64,000 nt of DNA, taken from contig CAYNIW010000001.1 in assembly GCA_964397545.1 (NCBI GenBank), positions 24,714 to 88,713 of the forward strand, given 5' to 3'. Shown one piece after another: positions 54,949-63,466 of the stretch. The stretch is from an uncultured Desulfuromonadaceae bacterium (lineage in GTDB: Bacteria > SDB-A). The notes beneath the pieces were generated by a model that was not told the origin of the DNA, did no database searches, and was given only the letters and a program-made list of their open reading frames with translations. How positions within the stretch are numbered: position 1 is the stretch's first letter; every line of letters starts with the position of its first letter. The translations under genes and the position numbers were made by a program.

Positions 54949-56310
54949 TTATGTCCCGGCGGGTTTCGTGTATGACCTGTAAAAATTCCTTCTGTATCCG
55001 TGAGAAGAGACTATTTTTCTGTAGGGAATGAAAAGATATGCGTTTGCCGCCGCCCTTCCGAGGACGACAGCCGCGGCGGCGGCATAAATCCCTACCATGT
55101 CGAAAAATTTTATCGCCGACAGCATAGTCAGAACTATTACTGCAACTTCCGTAGCTGTGGCGACCGTTATCGGATAAGTAAGCCTTGAATTGACGAGAAC
55201 GGACCTCTGCCAGGCGAGGAGAGAAGTCAAAGCAGGCATGAAAGAGAGTATGGCAAAAGGTATAGCCGTGAGAAAGAGCAGTTCACCGGAGAGGAACGAC
55301 ACGTGCTTGAACCACAGAAATGACAGAGGAGTTATTGATAAAACAGCTGGGATGATGCTGGTTATGAGTCCGAGTTTGAACACGAAATTTCTCAGAGGTA
55401 TGAAGTTTTCGTATTTTGCCCCAAGAAGGGCGAGACCCGCTTCCTGAAACGAAAAACCGAAACTTCTGAAGATAAAAACTAAAGCGTTAATGACGGGAAG
55501 AACAGCAAGGGATTCTATTGACATGCGTGATTTAGCCAGGAAAAAGGTCAGCAGAGGGTTTATTCCGAGAATAAGATACGACGTCATAGCGAGAGGATAG
55601 TAAAATGAGATTATCTCGCGCAAACCGAGCGTTTTGCCTTCCAGAGGCTCCGAAGTGACTTTTTTTACTGCTTTAACGCTCATAAGCCTTGTCGCGGCGG
55701 CTTCGAGCATCACTCCAGCTGAAAGGGAAGCGGCTCCGACAGAAGCTCCGGAGATGTCGGTAAAGAGAAAGAGAAAAATTCCAGTGACGGACATGACAAA
55801 AAGCCTGACGAAAGTTCCTGCGGCGACTTTTTTTGTCTGTCCCTGTCTAATGAGGATACCCTGATAAAATCGTCTGTATCCTATGGCTCCTGCCCACGGA
55901 AGCATCAAAATGGAAGAGGAATGTGCGAGAGAAGCGATTTGGGAGTTCAGTTTGAGGACATCTTTCGCGAGAAATTTAAATATGAATGGAACATTGATAA
56001 AGACGTGAAGAATTGTGACTGCGGCTATAATTGTAAATATGAAATTTCTAAGAGATATGTATTTTTTTCTGTCGTTGACGAGCGCCACCGAAGCAGACAA
56101 TATCATAACGACAGGCGCTTCAACGAGCAGAGCTATTGAAAAAGCGACTCCGTATGCGGCGAGATTGTATTTAGCGTCGTGAATTCTCCCGATTATAGCC
56201 GTTATGAAAGGAGCTTCCGACGCCATCATGAGCCATGTAAAAGAAAGGGGAAGCCAGAAGGCGAAAATCTGTCTTGAGGTCAATCCCTTTTCTTTTTCCG
56301 AATTCGGCAT
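54949..56310 (-). CDS. MOP-superfamily (MATE-like) exporter or flippase
   Basis: 453 aa, about 12 TM helices, MATE-like N-terminal region (ITAIIGRIHDAKYNLAAYGVAFSI). Confidence 0.5.
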   Translation of the reverse strand: MPNSEKEKGLTSRQIFAFWLPLSFTWLMMASEAPFITAIIGRIHDAKYNLAAYGVAFSIALLVEAPVVMILSASVALVNDRKKYISLRNFIFTIIAAVTILHVFINVPFIFKFLAKDVLKLNSQIASLAHSSSILMLPWAGAIGYRRFYQGILIRQGQTKKVAAGTFVRLFVMSVTGIFLFLFTDISGASVGAASLSAGVMLEAAATRLMSVKAVKKVTSEPLEGKTLGLREIISFYYPLAMTSYLILGINPLLTFFLAKSRMSIESLAVLPVINALVFIFRSFGFSFQEAGLALLGAKYENFIPLRNFVFKLGLITSIIPAVLSITPLSFLWFKHVSFLSGELLFLTAIPFAILSFMPALTSLLAWQRSVLVNSRLTYPITVATATEVAVIVLTMLSAIKFFDMVGIYAAAAAVVLGRAAANAYLFIPYRKIVSSHGYRRNFYRSYTKPAGT

Positions 56311-56387
56311 GCTTTAGATTAAAAAGGCATAGCTCAATGTTGTCAAATTTATTTTTATGGTTATATTTCATGGAAAAGGAGGTTTTA

Positions 56388-56621
56388 GTGTCAGTTAAAA
56401 TTTATACTACGCCTACATGTTCTTACTGCAATTCCGTAAAAACATATCTGCGTCAGAAAGGCATTTCATTCAGCGAAGTTGACGTGTCGAAAAATCAGAC
56501 GGCGGCAGATGAGATGGTCAGAAAGAGCAATCAATACGGAGTCCCTGTTATAGATGCCAACGGAAAGATAATTGTGGGTTTCAACAAACCAGCTCTCGAC
56601 AGAGCATTGAATTTAACCTGA
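56388..56621 (+). CDS. Glutaredoxin-like protein (thioredoxin fold, CxxC)
   Basis: CSYC active site, about 77 aa; GTG start at 56388 five nt after aaaggagg RBS. The upstream ATG at 56370 would overlap the RBS. Confidence 0.65.
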   Translation: MSVKIYTTPTCSYCNSVKTYLRQKGISFSEVDVSKNQTAADEMVRKSNQYGVPVIDANGKIIVGFNKPALDRALNLT

Positions 56622-56642
56622 ACTTTTGATGTATTTAGATCC

Positions 56643-58157
56643 TTAGATTTTGTCAATAATAGGATTCATGCTTCCGTCGGAAGGGCAGGAGGAGAGAACT
56701 TCTATCTGCGGCGAAACTTCGTGATCCTCGGGAATAAAAGGCGTCTTTTCTCTGATAAACTCCTGTATGAGCGACGTTCCTCTGCCGAGTTTTTCTCTTT
56801 TCTGACAGAGATCTACTGCCCTTGACGCCGAAAGAAACTCGATGGCAATAATTTTTGATACGAGTTCTGCTGATTCGAGGCATTTAAGTGAAGCGTTTGA
56901 TCCGAAACTGACATGATCCTCTCTCCCTGCAGAGGTGGGTATTGAATCCGAAGAGCAGGGATTTGCCTTGCTTTTGACAAGATTCAGAAGGGATGCGGCG
57001 GTCAGATGGGCTATCATATATCCGGATTCGACACCGGGTTCAGACGCGAGAAATGGAGGCAGTCCGCTTCTTTTGTCGTCGAGTATTAAGTCTATTCTTC
57101 TCTCCGATATTGCCGCTATATTGGAAAGCGCGAGAGAAAGAGAATCCATGGCGAAAGCTATGGGCTGGCCGTGAAAATTACCCCCGGACAGTATTTCGCC
57201 TTCTTCGGGAAAAACTATCGGGTTGTCCGTCACAGAATTTATCTCTACGCAGAGTGTTTTTTCGACGGACGCGAGAGCGTCCTTTAGGACTCCATGGACC
57301 TGCGGCATGCACCTTAAGGAATACGGATCCTGAACTCTGCGGTGGGATTCCGAACCGACGTTGGAACTGCCGCCGATGAACTTCCGGATGTTCTCCGCCG
57401 ATTGCATCTGGCCCGGATACGCTCTGAGCGCATGGATTTTTTGGTCGAAAGCTTCAGGCCTTCCGTCTAAGGCTTCGAGGGTCAAGGCTCCGGACATATC
57501 GCAGGAAAGGGATAAATTTTTCGCCTTGAAGAAAGAGAGGATACCGAGCGCAGTCATGAACTGAGTCCCGTTTAAGAGGGCGAGACCTTCTTTCGCCTTG
57601 AGGACGAGAGGCTTTAGCCCTGTTTTTGAAAAAAAATTTTGAGCCCGTATTTTTTCTCCTCTGAAAAATATCTCTCCCCTTCCGATAAGGCAGAGGGCGA
57701 GATGCGCGAGAGGGGCGAGGTCTCCCGACGCGCCTACCGATCCGAGAGAGGGAACGGCGGGGTAGGCTCTGAAGTTTAGGAAATCTTTGAGAAGCAGGAG
57801 AACATCGGTGCGGACGCCTGAATGGCCTTTTGCCATGACGCAGGCACGCAGAAACATCATCGCCCGGACAGCCTCCTCTGATAAAAGGGGTCCTGTCCCG
57901 CAGGAGTGGGAGAGGACGAGGTTCAGCTGGAGTTTGTCTATCATTGAAGCGGATATCTTTTTCTCGGCCAAAGAACCGAATCCAGTGTTTATGCCGTAAA
58001 CGGATGTCTTTCCTGAAGCGGCTTTCTCGACCGCGGACCTCGCTTTTTTTACTTTTTCAAGCGCGCTTTGGGTTATATCGACTTCAGCCATTCCCATCGA
58101 GACTTTAATCACTTCTTCAAGGGTTGTGTTTTTTTCAGATATAAAGACTTTTTTCAC
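56643..58157 (-). CDS. hutH: Histidine ammonia-lyase
   Basis: MIO-forming Ala-Ser-Gly triad within GSVGASGDLAPLAHLA; 504 aa. Confidence 0.85.
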   Translation of the reverse strand: MKKVFISEKNTTLEEVIKVSMGMAEVDITQSALEKVKKARSAVEKAASGKTSVYGINTGFGSLAEKKISASMIDKLQLNLVLSHSCGTGPLLSEEAVRAMMFLRACVMAKGHSGVRTDVLLLLKDFLNFRAYPAVPSLGSVGASGDLAPLAHLALCLIGRGEIFFRGEKIRAQNFFSKTGLKPLVLKAKEGLALLNGTQFMTALGILSFFKAKNLSLSCDMSGALTLEALDGRPEAFDQKIHALRAYPGQMQSAENIRKFIGGSSNVGSESHRRVQDPYSLRCMPQVHGVLKDALASVEKTLCVEINSVTDNPIVFPEEGEILSGGNFHGQPIAFAMDSLSLALSNIAAISERRIDLILDDKRSGLPPFLASEPGVESGYMIAHLTAASLLNLVKSKANPCSSDSIPTSAGREDHVSFGSNASLKCLESAELVSKIIAIEFLSASRAVDLCQKREKLGRGTSLIQEFIREKTPFIPEDHEVSPQIEVLSSCPSDGSMNPIIDKI

Positions 58158-58494
58158 AAAATCCTCCGTTTAAATGATAAAAAATATTTTATCAAATTAT
58201 CAGACCAAAAGAATACAAAAAACAGAAAAATCCACTGCGAAAGACTATCCGGTGTCATATATCTATACGAATTTAATAAGAAAGGACCAGATATTTTATG
58301 GTTACATAAAAAGCGTAACACGAAGAAAAATAAATTAAAGAAGAGGATTTAACCGCGAATTAACCTAAAAAGAAAATTAATGAATATACAAAATACTTAT
58401 CCAGAAAAGATCTCTTTTCCAAATCTACGTCTCTATAAAAAAAAGCACAGCCGCGCCGCTGACAGCAAACGCATGTAATAAATCGTTTTCTTTA

Positions 58495-59331
58495 TTATAT
58501 CTTTATTTGAAATACAAGAAAATATCCGTTGAAATGATGTTTCAATTTGAATGAAGTAAATATTTTTATTTCTTTTCTTGTAAAAGTTTTGTCCATTTTG
58601 TTTAAAGCAGTTTCCTTGTCAGTTTCAGAATGATATGGTAAAATGAAATTCAAAGTATTATCTGAAATTTCAGGGTATTTTTTTTCATTGAGTATGTTTC
58701 CTTCGGCTTTTACTTCAGTCATAATACGAAATCGAAGCTTCACCGATGCTTTATTAACATTTCTAACTTTGCTAAAATTTTCCTGTTCTGAAAATATTGA
58801 TGTTAACAATTCTTTGATTTTTGGCGTAATTTTTATATGTCTTTCAGTTAATCGTTCATTTAATACCTGTGAAAACGACGAACTGATAAGTTCTCTGGTT
58901 TGTATGGTTTCAAAGAAACTGCCATGAATCAATGCTATTTTTTGAGATGCCTTTTTTTTATTTTTACCTCTAACTAGATAATATACTTCTCTAATAGGTA
59001 ACGAATAAATATTATCTCCTGCGTCAACCATTTGTTGTCTAATGATACTATTTTCACCTTTTATAACTTTTTCAATTTCTTTTTTCCCTGTTGGAATAGT
59101 AGAATTAAATGAAGAAACAGTATAAGTATCGCTATCCTTAAGTTCTATTAACTCTCCACCAGTAAAAAGAGAATTATTAGATGTAAGTCTAATAGCTAAA
59201 TCAGGGAATTGACCTTTGTTTTGACATGATAACAATGAAGTATCAAAAGGAAAATCCTCTAATTTTACAATATTAATAAATTGTTTCTTTTGTAAAACCA
59301 AAGACTTGAAAAAATGATAAATAGAATACAT
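58495..59331 (-). CDS. Candidate Type II restriction endonuclease (PD-(D/E)xK-like), cognate of the adjacent methyltransferase
   Basis: Start overlaps the methyltransferase stop (TAATG); possible PD ... ELK catalytic motif (FPDLA ... GGELIELK); AT-rich codon usage; no other recognisable domain. Confidence 0.4.
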   Translation of the reverse strand: MYSIYHFFKSLVLQKKQFINIVKLEDFPFDTSLLSCQNKGQFPDLAIRLTSNNSLFTGGELIELKDSDTYTVSSFNSTIPTGKKEIEKVIKGENSIIRQQMVDAGDNIYSLPIREVYYLVRGKNKKKASQKIALIHGSFFETIQTRELISSSFSQVLNERLTERHIKITPKIKELLTSIFSEQENFSKVRNVNKASVKLRFRIMTEVKAEGNILNEKKYPEISDNTLNFILPYHSETDKETALNKMDKTFTRKEIKIFTSFKLKHHFNGYFLVFQIKI

Positions 59332-60209
59332 TAGCCGCCAAATAATAATGGTAATTGAGTAGTATTTTTGTTTTGAACTTCAAAATTATCACCCCAAATA
59401 TCATTCAAATTTTCAGTACATATATAATCTTTATAGTACTTTTGAATAAGATCGGATTCTCTTAGATTTTGCAAACGTTCTTTAATACAATTTGCATTTT
59501 CAGGATCAATTTCAATTCCTATTGAATTACGATGAAGTTGATGTGCTACGACTAATGTTGTTCCTGTTCCAGCAAAAGGATCAAAAACAAAATCACCAAC
59601 TTTTGATGACGTTAAAATTATTCGCAATAGTAATGCTATGGGTGCTTGTTGTTTATGCAATCTTTCTCCGCTTTTATTTCTAATTGCTTCATTCCCCGCA
59701 AAATATCCTGAAGTTAATTCCCTGATATCGTCCCAAACATCTGTTACATAAACTCCATTTTCTCGTTGTATTTTGAAACTTGCAGGCAATTCAGGTTCTA
59801 TTCGCAAACGATGAAAGGTATTTACTTTTTCACCTTTGGTTGCATAAACAATTATTTGGAAATGTTTTCCATATTTATTTGCAACTGGTACTGCTGATGT
59901 CTTTTTTTTCCAGACAATCAAATTTTGAAATATCCACCCAGTTTCTCGTAATATTTTTAATACAAATTCCGTATTTTTTTCACGTTGCATAAAATAAATA
60001 GCTCCGCCTATGTTTGTTATTTCATTAACATGTTGGCAAACTTTTTTCATCATTTTCCAGTATTCCTGCTCGCTCATATTATCATTATGAAATGCATAGT
60101 CCTTTTGCTGATTAAAAGGAGGATCTAAAAAAGTCAAATCAACATTTTGAGAAATCATTTTTTTCTCAAATGCGATTAAGCAATCATTATTTATTATTGT
60201 GAAATTCAT
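59331..60209 (-). CDS. Site-specific DNA methyltransferase, beta-class amino-methyltransferase (N6-adenine or N4-cytosine)
   Basis: Motif IV DPPF near the N-terminus and motif I FDPFAGTGTT near the C-terminus; that order defines the beta class. Confidence 0.75.
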   Translation of the reverse strand: MNFTIINNDCLIAFEKKMISQNVDLTFLDPPFNQQKDYAFHNDNMSEQEYWKMMKKVCQHVNEITNIGGAIYFMQREKNTEFVLKILRETGWIFQNLIVWKKKTSAVPVANKYGKHFQIIVYATKGEKVNTFHRLRIEPELPASFKIQRENGVYVTDVWDDIRELTSGYFAGNEAIRNKSGERLHKQQAPIALLLRIILTSSKVGDFVFDPFAGTGTTLVVAHQLHRNSIGIEIDPENANCIKERLQNLRESDLIQKYYKDYICTENLNDIWGDNFEVQNKNTTQLPLLFGG

Positions 60210-60439
60210 AATTGTTTATTTTAAGAACAGGTGACGATTTATTTTTTTTGAATTGTTGAAATAATAAACAGTAAAGAAATGATTAGGCATTTCACCTTCC
60301 TTGTAGTTTATAAAGAGAATAATAGAACCAAGACAAACACAAGTCAAATAAGGATTTTACTGTTTAATCCTCGCTAACCATAACTTGTTTTTTTAATTTC
60401 GGAATATGTTATTACTAGATTTGACTCAGGATTTTAACA

Positions 60440-60483
60440 TCTCATCGAGGAGAATTGACAAAATCTGTCAATAGTCAAGACCA
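60440..60483. repeat. 44-bp imperfect direct repeat, copy A (flanks the brnTA cassette)
   Basis: atctcatcgaggagaattgacaaaatctgtcaatagtcaagacc; about 84 percent identical to copy B at 61162-61205 in the same orientation. Confidence 0.6.
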
Positions 60484-60492
60484 GAAAAAATA

Positions 60493-60750
60493 TTACTGTC
60501 TGACTTGATAATGCAAAGTATATTTATCGAGAACCGTTTTTATCATTGTCTGATATGGAACCCCTGCTTTCTTTGCTTTCCTTTTAAAAAAATCTATGCT
60601 TTTTTTACTTAATAGAATTGTAATCTTAACGGTTTCTTCTTTTTTAACCAAATTTTCCGGCGCCGGAAGAAAATCTTCTATTACTTCAGAAGCAAGAACC
60701 GCTTCAGATACATATTTTGGGGCTTTTTTATATGTTATTTTTTTCTTCAT
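60493..60750 (-). CDS. brnA: BrnA-family antitoxin (DUF4415-like)
   Basis: 85 aa; C-terminal ...SIDFFKRKAKKAGVPYQTMIKTVLDKY fits the BrnA signature; immediately downstream of, and overlapping, a BrnT-like reading frame. Confidence 0.65.
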   Translation of the reverse strand: MKKKITYKKAPKYVSEAVLASEVIEDFLPAPENLVKKEETVKITILLSKKSIDFFKRKAKKAGVPYQTMIKTVLDKYTLHYQVRQ

Positions 60751-61006
60751 GCTTTTTTCTCCCTTCTCTCCAATATCCCGCTCCGAATATCCTGATTTTT
60801 TGATCCCTTATTGTAAATCTGACAGTTAAAATATCATTATCAATTTTTCCAAAACAGAAATATCTTTTTTCTCTTTTCGTTGAATGTTTTATATCAAGTG
60901 TTATTACTCTTTTTATATCAAAAAAAGCATTTTGAGCTTAAGAAAATGAAATTCCATGTTTTTGAATGTTTTCAATGTTTTTTACATCATCCCATTCAAA
61001 CTGCAT
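60728..61006 (-). pseudogene. brnT: BrnT-family toxin (DUF497-like) interrupted by an in-frame TAA at codon 23
   Basis: Manual translation of the minus strand gives MQFEWDDVKNIENIQKHGISFS*AQNAFFDIKRVITLDIKHSTKREKRYFCFGKIDNDILTVRFTIRDQKIRIFGAGYWREGRKKHEEKNNI, which fits the BrnT pattern across the stop (plus-strand tta at 60938-60940). Confidence 0.55.
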
Positions 61007-61161
61007 AATGACTAATATACATAATAAATACCATATATCAATACATATTTAATTTAAAAAACAATAAAAAATGTAATTTTAAATTGCGTCCAGCAATTTC
61101 AAAGGCTGTGTAGCTTTACGAGTTTAATATGAGAAGATATTCAACAAAACGGTTTATCATT

Positions 61162-61205
61162 ATCTCGTCGAGGGGAATCGTCAGAATCTGTCAAATGTCA
61201 AGACC
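61162..61205. repeat. 44-bp imperfect direct repeat, copy B (flanks the brnTA cassette)
   Basis: atctcgtcgaggggaatcgtcagaatctgtcaaatgtcaagacc; pairs with copy A at 60440-60483. Confidence 0.6.
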
Positions 61206-61275
61206 TGGCACCTAATCATAAATGTGATTTGTTAATTTAAAATTTTAAGATAAGAAAATTTAAACCACAAAGGTT

Positions 61276-61547
61276 TACTTATTTACCAAAGTAAAAAATC
61301 TTATTTACCTAAGTAAATAAGAGAGCTACAGGAAGGAGTAAATCATAAATGATTTTAATCTTATTTGCCTTCGGCAATTAAGAGAGCTACAAGAAGTAAA
61401 ACCAAAACTCACAAATTTCTTTTATTCACTTCGTGAAGGAAAAATGTATTCATTTTTCCCTTCGTGAAGGGATAAAGCAACGATTTATCCCGCTTCGTGG
61501 TGGAAATTGTATTTGTATTTATTATTAAGAAAAGATATCCACCGCGA
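61276..61547. repeat. Repeat- and hairpin-rich non-coding region: about 61-bp tandem duplication plus three consecutive perfect stem-loops
   Basis: Tandem units aatcttatttacctaagtaaataagagagctacagg... and aatcttatttgccttcggcaattaagagagctacaag...; hairpins at about 61438-61459, 61469-61491 and 61529-61547; recurring cttcgtgaagg motif. Confidence 0.5.
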
Positions 61548-61583
61548 AGGGCGGTGGTAGAAATATTCTTTGTCTTTTTTTCT

Positions 61584-61922
61584 TCAGCAGGTCAGATGTA
61601 AGGCGGCGGCGGTTTTGTGTTTTTCCGATATTTCGTTGAACTTAGCCGCGGCTGAAACTGAATAGAAAACTAAAACTTCACAGCCGAGAGAGGAGAATTG
61701 GTCGAAAACCGATCTTTCGACTTTCATCATGCCGAAAAAACCAGTGCCTATGACGAGAAACTCGGGGCTGTAATCTTTTACTTCCCTGAGGTCTTGGACC
61801 GATAGAAAATGCCCTTTTTCGCGGATCCAGGGGCAAATAACCTTCTCTCCGAGAATAAGTAAGTCCTTTACGTAAGTTTTTTTGTCAACTGTGATTTTCC
61901 CGAATGAATAGTCCTCTATCAT
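61584..61922 (-). CDS. Mth938-like domain protein (DUF498 family)
   Basis: 112 aa ending ...AAALHLTC with the pattern typical of Mth938-like proteins. Confidence 0.6.
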   Translation of the reverse strand: MIEDYSFGKITVDKKTYVKDLLILGEKVICPWIREKGHFLSVQDLREVKDYSPEFLVIGTGFFGMMKVERSVFDQFSSLGCEVLVFYSVSAAAKFNEISEKHKTAAALHLTC

Positions 61923-63466
61923 CTGTTTTTTCCGAGATAAAAAGAATAAAAACCCTCCGCGATAAGAAGCAGGAGGAGAATAAAAGTCAAAAAAGGGCTC
62001 ATGTCGTAGAGAACTTGCTTTTCAGCCCTGCGGATCATCTCATCAAGAGAGACCTCGTTGGCGAAAGAAAAAGAATCGGGGAAAAAATCCGAATTGCGTT
62101 CTTCCTGAGAGACAAAAGGGAACAGGTAGAAGCATCCTTGGTCATCGAACAAAGGGTTCAAAAAGATAAGAGGAAAGTCCCCACGCAGGTAAAGTGTTGA
62201 ATTTCCGGGGTTGAACGCGAAGATTAAGGCGTCTGAGCTTTTAATAACCGCGGGTCTTCCGTCGTCGAACCTGTTCAATATGTGGGCTGACAGATTATTA
62301 ACGTCGCCGGTGCATAAAGAGACCCTCGAAGAGACGACGGTTCCGAGAAAACCCTGAAAACCCTGTCTGATTACAGCAGGGCTGAGTCCGCTGTCGCGGA
62401 CAGAAACTTTGTATGAGGATTCGATATAATTTCCTATTTTCTTTCCGTCGTCGAGAAAAAAACATTTTTTTGCATTTTCAGGGAAGTTGAAATTAAAATC
62501 AATTTTCTGTGATTCATCGACAAAGACGAGAAAAGCATCTTCCGGCGAGAAAACCCTTTGAACCGAACCCCTCTGAAAAACAGAAGAAATACGGTTGTAG
62601 ATTTCCGTGTTGTTTGAAAATATACCGACTTTTTCTATCGGTTTTATCACTATGAATAATGTTTCGGCGTCGGATCTGAAAAACAGGGTTTCAGCGGCTG
62701 AGGCGACATGAACGGGCAGAAAAATTCCTTCTTCGGCATCCAAAAAAGTGTCAATGCCTGAATATGAGAAATTTATATTAAAACCGGGATTTGTCTGAAT
62801 AAAAATAAATGAAGTGTCGCCCATTACAGCCCATCCCGGGAATCGCGGAAATTTTACGGAAAATAAATACTGTTTTTCAGGATACGCTATGCAGTCGAAA
62901 AAAAAAGACAAATCATCCATTTTTCTCCAGGACACCTTTTGTCTGTCGGTTATGAGGAACAGGTTTTCTGCTTCTTTTTCCCTGCACAGAAGAACTGAAA
63001 GAGGTATGTCCGCAGTTCCGTCTTTTTCGCGGGGAGATGATAAAATGTCATAAAAACTTTCACCTGCTATTATCTGGGTCCTGCCCATACCCGTCACGCA
63101 AACCGCTTCGACAAGCTTCAGTAGTTTTTCCATTTCCGGTCTTTTGTCGTATATTCCGCTTCTCACTACGCTCTCTGAGATGTCCGCAACGAGAAAGCTT
63201 TTCGTCACCGTCCCAGTGAAAGGGAATTTGATGTTTGTGACAGGCCTTGAAAAAGCGGCGGCAATGCAGAGTATGACGAGAATTCTGAGTATGAGCTGAA
63301 TAATTTCCCTGAGCCGGAATTTTTTTCTCATGGGTATGCCCGAGTCTGGTATAAGACAAGATGCCGGAAAAAGAATTTCCTTTTTTCCGAACTTTCTCAT
63401 GAGATGGAATATGACGGGAAAGACAGCCGCGGCGGAGAGAAACAAAAACAAAGGGTTCAGGAACAT
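61919..63466 (-). CDS. BatA-like membrane protein (N-terminal double-TM domain, degenerate VWA-like region, C-terminal TM helix)
   Basis: N-terminal LNPLFLFLSAAAVFPVIFHLMRK double-TM segment as in BatA; DxSxS-like LVADISESV after TM2; hydrophobic C-terminus. Confidence 0.45.
   Translation of the reverse strand: MFLNPLFLFLSAAAVFPVIFHLMRKFGKKEILFPASCLIPDSGIPMRKKFRLREIIQLILRILVILCIAAAFSRPVTNIKFPFTGTVTKSFLVADISESVVRSGIYDKRPEMEKLLKLVEAVCVTGMGRTQIIAGESFYDILSSPREKDGTADIPLSVLLCREKEAENLFLITDRQKVSWRKMDDLSFFFDCIAYPEKQYLFSVKFPRFPGWAVMGDTSFIFIQTNPGFNINFSYSGIDTFLDAEEGIFLPVHVASAAETLFFRSDAETLFIVIKPIEKVGIFSNNTEIYNRISSVFQRGSVQRVFSPEDAFLVFVDESQKIDFNFNFPENAKKCFFLDDGKKIGNYIESSYKVSVRDSGLSPAVIRQGFQGFLGTVVSSRVSLCTGDVNNLSAHILNRFDDGRPAVIKSSDALIFAFNPGNSTLYLRGDFPLIFLNPLFDDQGCFYLFPFVSQEERNSDFFPDSFSFANEVSLDEMIRRAEKQVLYDMSPFLTFILLLLLIAEGFYSFYLGKNR

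Noticed and set aside
58068-58352. 94-aa plus-strand ORF across the hutH start and upstream region
   Set aside because: It overlaps the hutH N-terminus antisense and extends into AT-rich intergenic DNA; lysine-rich translation typical of AT-rich noise.
60938-60940. TAA inside brnT as evidence of stop-codon reassignment
   Set aside because: Dozens of confident genes in the window terminate normally at TAA/TGA/TAG and no other in-frame stop was seen within a conserved gene. A nonsense mutation or sequencing error is far more likely.
61276-61547. Possible CRISPR array suggested by the recurring cttcgtgaagg motifs and regular spacing
   Set aside because: The repeated units are only 11-19 bp, imperfect and irregularly spaced, several are simply hairpin arms, and no cas genes are nearby. 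Better described as a hairpin/repeat region.
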